This document shows, one piece after another, positions 53,913-64,000 of a stretch of 64,000 nucleotides of DNA. Location of the stretch: positions 14,632,001 to 14,696,000 of the forward strand of contig CM022676.1 in assembly GCA_012295275.1 (NCBI GenBank). Reading direction: 5' to 3'. Source of the stretch: Chrysomallon squamiferum (lineage: Eukaryota > Animalia > Mollusca). The notes beneath the pieces were generated by a model that worked only from the letters and a program-made list of their open reading frames with translations, did no database searches and was not told the origin of the DNA. Within the stretch, counting starts at the first letter, position 1. Each line of letters begins with the position of its first letter. The translations under genes were made by a program, and so were the position numbers.

Positions 53913-55121
53913 GAAACACACGTACGAACACAGTGTGGAAGAGAGACACACATACAGACAGAAACATTGATAGCAATAAAGTTTTTGTTAGTAATCTAAT
54001 TATTTTCTAATTAATTGATCTCACTTAGTAATCTCACTTTTTAAAGTCTTACTCTACTTCTTTTCCACAGATATCTTTACACGGATGACGTCGTCCTAAC
54101 AGGCGACAACGTCACCGGTCTGCTGTATCTATCGAGGAAGTACATCATCACAACACTTGAAGATGAATGCACACATTATTTGGAGTCGTCGTTGTCGTCA
54201 CAGAATGCGTGCGTCGTGCTGGAACAAGCTCACCTGTTTGATGAACATGATCTAAGGAGAAAAAGTCTGGACTACATTTTGAAAAATGGCGACGAAGTTT
54301 TGAAGTCAGATGAAGTCAGCGATCTTTGTCATGAATGTCTGGTTGAGATCGTACGATCAGACGAACTGACAGCAGACGAGAAAAATGTTTTTGAAGCCGC
54401 TGTGAAGTGGGCTGACAGCGCGTGCAGGAAGCAAGGGAAGACGACGAGTGAAAAAAACATGCGCGAAGCAATGGGAGAGATCGTGAAGCACGTGCGTTAT
54501 CCATTACTCGATCAGAGGTATTTTGTAAAACACGTGACACCCACTCACATACTCAATGAGACAGAAGAACTCAAAATTACAAAACATTTCCTTTGTCCAG
54601 ATGAAGATGTTTCACCTTTTAACTCAAACAAGAGAAATGCAGAGATTCCTAAAACAGAGATTACAATAAACAGGTTTGATGCGTTTGGTGTCCGCTGGCC
54701 ATGTTCTGGTGAAGAAGACGACGCCATTACTTTCTCTGTAAACAAAAACGCTTTACTTCGTGGATTTCAGTTGTACGGTTACGGTTACGATTCAAACTAC
54801 GAAGTCAGCGCCTTCGTCACTGACACAAGAAGAGACGAAATACTGGACGGGTCTACGCTGACACAGAGATATGAAAACGTGTCTGACGTGTATGACGTCG
54901 TGTTCAGTCGTCCAGTGAAGATTACTAAAGACACTGAGTTCAGCTTGTTTGTTAATGCTAAGGGAGAAGTCTCATTGTTTGGACTCAAAGGTAAATCAGA
55001 AATTGTTGTAGACTCTTTTGTTTGTAGATTTTCTGAGTCACACAAATCTAAACACAGTGACAGACGAGTTCGTACAGATGTGACAGACGGACAAATATAT
55101 GCTTTGTTCTTTTTAGTGTAA
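53613..55121 (+). CDS. BTB/POZ-BACK-PHR domain protein (BTBD3/BTBD6-like), copy C, intact, 435 aa; join(53613..53869,54071..55121)
   Basis: Exon 1 reads MATSYEITSWQTGK...SDIRFLVGE...IDAHRFILMIRSEVFHQMFSG...VPDVKAEIFSEFLK (BTB N-half). The donor AA|GTATGT at 53870 and acceptor TTTTCCACAG at 54070 splice in frame to give FLKYLYTD. Exon 2 carries BACK (EKNVFEAAVKWA...HVRYPLL) and PHR (RF...DAITFSV...LRGFQLYG...GQIYALFF) and ends at TAA 55121. Confidence 0.9.
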
Positions 55122-56288
55122 AAAACAACATCGTTCAAACACTGTCACTTTTAGTCATCACTGGTCTTATATTTTTATTTTTATTTATTTATTTATTTAT
55201 TTCCTTATTTATTTATTTATTTATTTATATATTTATTTACTTATTTTTTTTTACATATTGTATTTCCTATGACGTCAGGCAGCAGTGATGACGTCATACA
55301 CTTTATTTGAAAGTTTCTAATCGACTGGCTTCTGTGAAACAGACACGTGTATAGTGTACATAAACAGCTCATTGCTTTATTTATTTATTGATTTATTTAT
55401 TTATTTAATATAGATTGTTTATTTGTTTATTTAATGTATTGTTTAAACTGTCATATAATAGATGAAATATGTCAATATCTAAATGTGTTAATTCTATATT
55501 CGAAAATTGTCTCATATATTTTTTGTCTCCTTTAAAATGGATGTGTCTTATTGTTAAAGATGTGTACATTTTTAATATCTATTAGACAAGAAGTTGTATT
55601 TTATTTTATTTTAAATATCAATGTAAATTTTATATCGTTCAGTATTCACTAAACAGGAGGCCAAAAAACTTAATGATTTTTGTAATTAATTTTGTTCCCG
55701 TCTTTGTCTGTTTATTTTGTTTTCTCTCTAAATTAATTCCCATGACATACAAAGTATCTAAATGTATAAATAACATTAGTCTGTAAAGAAACATTATAAA
55801 TTATGTTTTAGATTTTGTCACAAATCAAATAAAATACTGTTATTTCTTCGTTTTAAAACTAATAAGGTAAATTATGTGTTTACTGTTTGTTAGATATGAA
55901 CTTAAGAACTGCTATTTGATTCATTTGTCTGTTTTCTTTTATTTATATTTATGTAAAATAAATATGCTAGTAAATTATATTGTATACAATATTCATTAGA
56001 CATAACAGAAGTTGTCAATTTGTGTATACATAAAAATATAATTTCTATTTAATTTGTTAAAAATGTAAACACAAAATATAGAGGTATAGAAATAAATGTT
56101 TTAATTATATTTGTTTGGTCATCTTTTTCTCTTCTGTGCAGAAAGAATAAATGTTGTTGTGGGAGAAATTCAAGAGAAAAGCTTTAAAATAAAAGAACAA
56201 AAAAAACAACAAAAAACACTGGTTGGATCGGGAGATAAGCAAAAACTCAGACATGAAAGAGATTTTACAACTCTGTGCATCATGCCTC

Positions 56289-56418
<130 letters not shown>

Positions 56419-56524
56419 AGTTATTTTTATTATTATTATTATTATCTTTTATTGTTTATTTATTTATTTACTTCTGTTTTCGATATATTTTCTTCCATGT
56501 ATTACAAAGTTAGGTATGTTGTGC

Positions 56525-56900
56525 TGAACTAATGGTCTTATTACATACTGACAGGTCGGTGGTTCAATCCCTTTCAGTGTAATAAAGTAACTACACAAGG
56601 ATGTGTTGTATGTATCAAGAGAACTAATGTTATATTACACACTGACAGGTCTCTGGTTCAATCCTTTGAGTGTAATAAAGTTACTACACAAAGATGTGTT
56701 GTATGTAACAAGTGAACTAATGTTATATTACACACTGACAGGTCTGTGGTTCAATCCCTGTCAGTGTAATAAAGGTACTACACAAAGATGTGTTGTATGT
56801 AGCAAGTGAACTAATCTTCTTGTTACATACTGACAGGTCTGTGGTTCAATCCTGTGAGTGTGAGTAAAGTTACTACACAAAGATGTGTTGTATGTAGCAA
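56525..56900. repeat. 94-bp tandem repeat, 4 units (inverted copy)
   Basis: Each unit contains ACTGACAGGTCTGTGGTTCAATCC or a close variant. Confidence 0.9.
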
Positions 56901-58602
56901 ATAACTTTGATCATATAACACTCACTGTAATGACACATAAAATTTTGTTTATTTTTGTTTTCGACCAATTCATTTTTCTTCATTTCATTCAATATTCATT
57001 CATCCATCAAATCAGATACATGTACATGTAGCGTTAGAATTAAGAAAATGATTGTTTTACTTTTAAAATTACGGTTTAAACTTGAATTAGGCTAAGAACT
57101 GTCGAAAGAAGACATAAGGCTTAGTAGAATAGTCAGGTGCTTTCGGTAAATGCAGTTAATTCAGTGCAGATATTAGTAGTGGGCTCAGATTACATTTAAT
57201 CCTATGATCAGATTTAAGGTTAGTGTTATGGTTTCATTCGGGATTATTGAAAATATTGATACCAGAATAATAGTTAATTCAGCGTAAGTCAGGATTAATG
57301 TTAGGTTTACGATCTGCTGTGACTTAGGATTTGTCTTTCAGGTAGTGATATATCTCTGGTCAAAGTCGTTTTCTCTTAGGAAATACTAAATAATATTAAA
57401 TATTATACCTAAAGCTAAGCTCTCTGTTTTATTCACGTTACAATTAGTTTTGCAGTTCTGGTTATGATCAGATTTGAACTGAAACTTTACTTTGTTTTGT
57501 GTTTCTTTGTTGTTGTTGTGATTTTGTTGTTGTTTTTTAAACTGAGTATTAATAGTGCGAGCGTCACAGACTCATACGTTCAGTACGTACCATGATACAC
57601 ACTATACGGTTTTAGTACATTCACAAGGACACCAGTCAATCCATGGAAGATTTCTCTTTCTATATGGAGGATACATTTGTAACGTGTTGTTGCAAAAACA
57701 CCATATATTTTATGTGACTTATACGCAGAATATATTTGTAGTGTTTTTTTTTTAGAAGGACACAAGTCACTCTATGGACACTTTACCTCTGTGATAGACA
57801 TTCCAGTCAGATGTAATATATGTCTGTCTCGGGCAGGTTAATAACGTAGTTGACTTGACTCTCGGAGTCTCCGATAAGGATCCATGTATGCATGTATGTA
57901 TGTATGTATGTATGTATGTATGGATGTTTGTATTCATTATAGGAGTAAAGTGCTACAATAATCTGTGTCAATAATCACAAAACGGTTATGCAAGGAGAAC
58001 AGCACACAAACAGACACACAAACACACTAACACACACGCACGCACGCACACATATATAAGTAGTTACACAGGTCCAGTCTGAACACTCACTGAATGTTCT
58101 GTAGAAAGCGACCGTTCCACTGGAATCGTTCCACAGTTCCCCTAAACAAATATGAAAAAAAAAAAATTGAAAAGAAAACTCCGTTGTTTTATTCAAAACG
58201 TTGTCCGTCTTATTCAAAAAGTTAATTCGAGTTATCTGTCAAAGCGGTTTGAACCTTGCCGCTAGATGTCTGCCGCCAGATCATTCTGCCAAACAAAAGC
58301 TCGTAAAACCAATTGCTCCGGAAGTGATAATTAATTCCACTTCGATGGGGAAGTAACAACTTTTAACAGAATAGGCAGACCGAATCACCAACCATATAAC
58401 AAGTTACATTTTACAGGCAGAAGATGTAAACATTTTTACGCCACTAGCCGCTACGTTAATATTTGTGTATATTCATACATAGGTAAACATTTGCGTATAC
58501 TTACATATACATACAAATGGAATTTATCCATGATATCCGTGTTTACCTTTATCACAGACAAAGAGTTAAATATTTTCTTCAGACATTATTATTATTATTT
58601 CT

Positions 58603-58666
<64 letters not shown>

Positions 58667-59375
58667 TTACTAGTATTATTACTGGTGCAGTATTGGTACA
58701 AAATACGTTTAGTAATATAATTAAGAACCTCTAGCATTATTTGAAAAGTCTTGAGAGGAAATGAACACAGAAAAATAAAAAAAGTACAAATGATTCATTT
58801 TTATGTGTGACAAAACGGGCAGCGATGTCTTCAGTATTGTAAATAGATGAAAACAAGAAAGTATAAACACTGACATATAAAAAAACCAATGAAAATGTTT
58901 ATAGCAAAACTATAATTGGCAAATATAGCTGTAATTATTACATTGTTATATATATATATATATATATATGTAATTAGTCTTGAAATACATGTCTACTACT
59001 GTTGCCATGAACACGTAATATATGTACATCATCTACATTACATGTTTCGTCCATAAATATAACATTAAAGAATCTGAAATGAGTTATTTAATACACTTTC
59101 GAAAAGAAATAAAATCAGCTTCTGGTTTGATTTGAATCATTAAAAGAAGATTGGTTTGGTTACACAATCATCAGTGCTGTGATGAACAAAGAAACTATCT
59201 GTAAAAGCAAGTCAGACTTCTCGTCATGCTCAGGTTTACTTTTATTGTAATTTTGGTGACGCTGCTCGCACCTCGCCTTTGAGAGACAAAGCGGCTTCAC
59301 GACTTGGCTGATTATTCCAATTTCTGCCGTTTTATTTATGTACATGTTTTTATTTAGATATCCACTGCTTATGAC

Positions 59376-59500
<125 letters not shown>

Positions 59501-60282
59501 GATCAAGCAGCCCTATCACTTCCCCTTTTGCAGAATCTAAAATTATTGCAAAGTGCGAAAAAATCATGAAGAATGTTGAATATTACTATTTTTAAGAAAG
59601 GTTTATTTTCATGTCTGTATGACTTATACGACAACAGGAAAGAATCAGAATGTCTAATAATAATATGTCAGTGTTATAACTAATTTTCTAACAATACAGT
59701 GGTTTGAATACAGACCTGATATTGATATCAAATGTTTCTCTCTCCAAGAACCTGATGACCTCGTGACTGACACAGATAAAACACTTCTTAAAATAAATTT
59801 TTAATCTTAGTTGGTGCTCAAGACAACACTAGTTACACAGCAATAATTTGGTTTAATGTAATTTAAAATATTTGAAATAAAATTCAGGTAATAATAATAA
59901 TAAGTTTTTTGTGATCAAATTTTTCATTGTTTAATATTGTAAATTTCCTGTGTTTCATCTATTTAAACTTGTTTGTATATGAATAACGATATTCTGTACT
60001 GAAAGACTGAACATTTATACAAGTTTTGAAATGTTTGTCCTCTCTCTTCAGCTTGTTTTTGAAACACGTGTTACTGAGAACATGACCTACTAATCTGTTT
60101 TGTCTAGACTAAAGTTTACTTAGTTGACTTAACTTTATTACCCTGAGATAAAGATTACTTTACTCCAAAGTCAACTAAAATAGATAGATAGAAATCTAAT
60201 CTGTTTTGTCAACACTAAAGTTTACTTAGTTGTCTTAAATTTATTACCTAGAGATAAAGATTACTTTAGTATAACGTCAGCT

Positions 60283-60350
<68 letters not shown>

Positions 60351-61318
60351 GAGAGAGTTTAACACATTTACACGCCAGCATAGAAACCATAAATAAGTAG
60401 AAAAAAATGAACAAGAAATAAATTTTAAAAAAATAATAATAAATAAATATATATATAAATAAACAAGAAGCAAATATATATATATAATAAGCAAATATAT
60501 AAATAAACATGTTAACAAATAAATAAATAAATAAACAAATAAATAATAACAACAACAATAATAAAAACAATAACAAAATTATACATAGTAGGGGTGGCAG
60601 TACAAGGAAAATTAATAATATTACTTTTATTATATTTCTAAATGAAAAGTAAAGCAACGCGAAAAATCATTACTGAATCACTGATCTCTTTAGATCAAAT
60701 AATAATAATAATAATAGAACAAATGCAAATATAAAATACAACTACTATTACTAGTGCTACTTTTACTACAGCTGTTGATAACACTTTTGCTACTACTGCG
60801 ATTATTACAACAGTTACAAATATTACTCCTGCTGCTGCTACTACTACAACAACCACTATTACTAATATCAGTATTATTACTACTGCTATAACTACTACTA
60901 TTGCTGTACTGCAGTACTACAACTACGAGTACTATAACTACTAACATTACTACGACTATTACTGCGACTACCATTACTACTACTATAACTAATACAATTG
61001 GTAATATTAATACAACTAATTCAGTAAAAATATACATCGTCTGAAATTAGCAAAGTGATTTGTTTAATCTAATAAAATTTAGTTGCATTTCAATTAACTG
61101 TATTATATATTTTAACTTCGATTATTTCTACGACACAGATTGAAATATTTGTTATCTGTGTTCAGTTTACTTGTTATTAAAACACCAGTGAGCGAAACGA
61201 GACCTACTAATCTGTTTTGTCAATATTAAAGTGGACTGTGTTGACTCACCTTTCTTCCCTGGAGAGAATGAAATTTACTTCAGTACTAAGTCAACATGAT
61301 CTACAGACAGACAGAGAC

Positions 61319-61401
<83 letters not shown>

Positions 61402-63532
61402 AAATAAAAAAATAGAACAAACTTAACTGTCAAACACACCGAATCATTAGCATACAATATGGCGTCTGATTTTTTCTATTACCTACTGCCTTGTTTGTGA
61501 ATTGAAATTAACAACTGTGAAAGAATATATATATATATATATATATACATATTAAAATAAAGTAAATAAATAAAAAAAAAAGTAAATAACTGTATTAAAT
61601 TAAATTCTGACCATAAAACAAGTTTATAAATGTGTGAGTATTGCTGTATTTAACTGTTAGATCTCAGTAGTGTAACTTTTTGAAACCTTCGCTTTCTGTG
61701 AAACCGCCATTTATACACCTTCAGTTATTACCTGCAATACCTTTCTGGAGTGGGCTGTAATTTTCAGCCGGAGTTTGTTCATTGCAGAAGATCATGGTAA
61801 GAGATCAAATTATTGTGGTCCTTTCAAGTAAAATCATACGTATACACATTTGTATATACATACATACATATATATATATATAGACACATATTTGTATTCA
61901 TACATATTCATTCTGTTTTAACTAATAGAGAATACTTGTGCCTGAAAAATCAAGATACCTCTCTGTTTTTATTCTTCTTTTTTTTTAAAGTGACAGGCTA
62001 TGATGTTTTAACCACTTTAAAATGCAATAATATTACTGTAATTACTTTTAAAAATGCACCTAAAGTTCAAACGTAAAATATGCGAAATAAAATGTACAAA
62101 AGACAAAACAAAAGTATAATCAAATAAATAAAAAATAAATAAAATAATAGTAATAAGGAGAGTGCTGCTGCTCTTTAAACTTCAGAAAGAAAAACGAGGA
62201 ACACATTTAGAAACGCTAATTCATTGTTGCTGAAACTCTACGTTTTATGACTTAAGTTGTCTAAGAAACCAGGTTCTTCTACGATACACTAGATTTACTA
62301 GATTGAGTCCTATGGGCGGAGCTACTGATGATAGAGTCATCTGAAAACAGACTCAGTTTGTACAAGCGCTGTACCAGGCCGAGTGGTGTCTCTGTACGTC
62401 TGTTGTTAACAGATTTGTTGTATTGTCAGAGTAGTTCAGAGTTGACGCACAGTGCCTGTACATGACTCTTCATTTATCTGCTGCTTTTTTCCCTTCTTCG
62501 CAATGTTAATGGAAACCGGAAATGTCGCCAAAATGGCGCTCTGTAAATTGCAGGAGGGTCGCACAAATAGCGATCTGTCGTCATTGCTTATCGCCATTTT
62601 TATGAGTGTTGTTATTAATATATATACATTATTTTCTGAAAATAAATCAACCGATTTCGTGTATAATGGAACATATTATGTATCATATTAATAATATTTG
62701 TTCTGAAAAAGTAAATTTTGTTGAAAAATATGTAAAAAAAACATTTAAAAAATAAATAAATATAAATGTTCCCGTGTCCTCCAAGTCTTCGTGATGATGG
62801 TGTGCAGCTTACGTGACGATAAGAACCTGGAGGACTGTTAATAGTAACATGACAACTTGTCTCATTATTCTTCTTCTTGTCGTTATTTCTAGTTTTTATA
62901 ATCCTTTTGAATGCCTTAATTTTAAACTGACATTGTTAACAAAAGCAAATTTATTTATTTATTAATATTTATTTATTTATTTGTATTATTTTATTTACTT
63001 TATTATTATTCAATGTCTCCATACAAACATTTTTTTAAAAATATTTTGCAGAATTTAGCAGCACTAATGGTAACAACACCAGCAGAAATGGTAGTTGTAG
63101 TTGTAGAGTACTACAATACTTGTACTAGTAGAAACAGTAGTAATAAAAGCAGCAGCAGTAGTTCTAGTAGCCGCAGTTTTTGCAGCAGTACTTGTAGTAG
63201 CAGCAGCAACTGCAGCAGTAATATCTGTATTAATAATAGTAGCAGTGTAGTAGTATTAGTAGTAGCAGTTGTAATAGTAGTAGTCGTGGTAGTAGTAGTA
63301 GTAGAAATAGTATCTACAATAATAATAGTAATTGTAGCAATAGTAGTTGTAGTAGGAACAGTAGTAATTGTAGCAGCAGTAGCAGTTATAGTCGTAGTAG
63401 TAATAGCTGAGTAGTAGTTGTAGCAGCAGACGTAATAATAGCACCACTAGTAGTAACAGTTGTAGTTGTTGTTGTAGTGGCAGTAGTAATAGAAGCAGCA
63501 GCAGCAACAATAGTTGCAGTAGCAGCAGCTCC

Positions 63533-63569
<37 letters not shown>

Positions 63570-64000
63570 CTAGTAGTAGTAGTAGTAATAGTAGTAGTAA
63601 CAGTAGTAGTAGCAGTATAATCACATGCACAATATTTTAAACTGAAATACAAAATGAAAACAAGACACACAATGAAATTATGTCTAAGATGAGTGTACGT
63701 CTCGTAGCACGATTTGTTTACTTTAATCTGACATTCAAACCTGACAAAGTGACACTTGACGACAACAAAGACGTCAGCCACGTGTGCACAAAGCACAAGT
63801 AAAACGAGTCGCCCATACTGAAAGCGTATGATATTTTATATTGTACTATGTTTTACCGATTTGAGTTTTCTTAGTTTGATTATAGTTTTAAGATATATTT
63901 GAGCTAGATTTCTAACAAATAGATCAGTATAGTGTGATGTTTTTTTTATATTGACATGAAAAAACATTGTATACGTCCTGACCTGGAACGTTCACATAAA

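Overview
AT-rich, microsatellite-dense animal genomic DNA, probably an invertebrate (mollusc-like; the taxon is inferred, not shown). It has spliceosomal introns and a 200-N scaffold gap at 50535-50734. The main content is a cluster of four two-exon BTB-BACK-PHR genes of the BTBD1/2/3/6 family (putative Cullin-3 adaptors). Copy C (53613-55121, +) is intact. Copy B (46337-47996, -) has a frameshifted hydrophobic C-terminal extension. Copy A (16003-17516, -) has a 2-nt frameshift. Copy D (35974-36517, -) is a divergent stub holding only the N-terminal part of the BTB domain. The genes lie in nested segmental duplications: direct repeats (about 1-6750 vs 21843-29620, and about 10580-19060 vs 40090-49540) and a >13-kb inverted repeat centred on the gap (about 36930-50534 vs 50735-64000+), which may be a true palindrome or an inverted haplotig misjoin. 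The first duplicated block is a mosaic of decayed exons that are missing or only partly visible in the ORF track: a collagen IV alpha1-type pseudogene (Gly-X-Y plus NC1 exons) and an intron-containing DNA-transposase-like relic. A decayed Ty3/Gypsy pol with a 31-bp minisatellite born inside it, and a 94-bp hairpin/B-box tandem repeat, are also present. Most other ORFs in the track are microsatellite or antisense artefacts.
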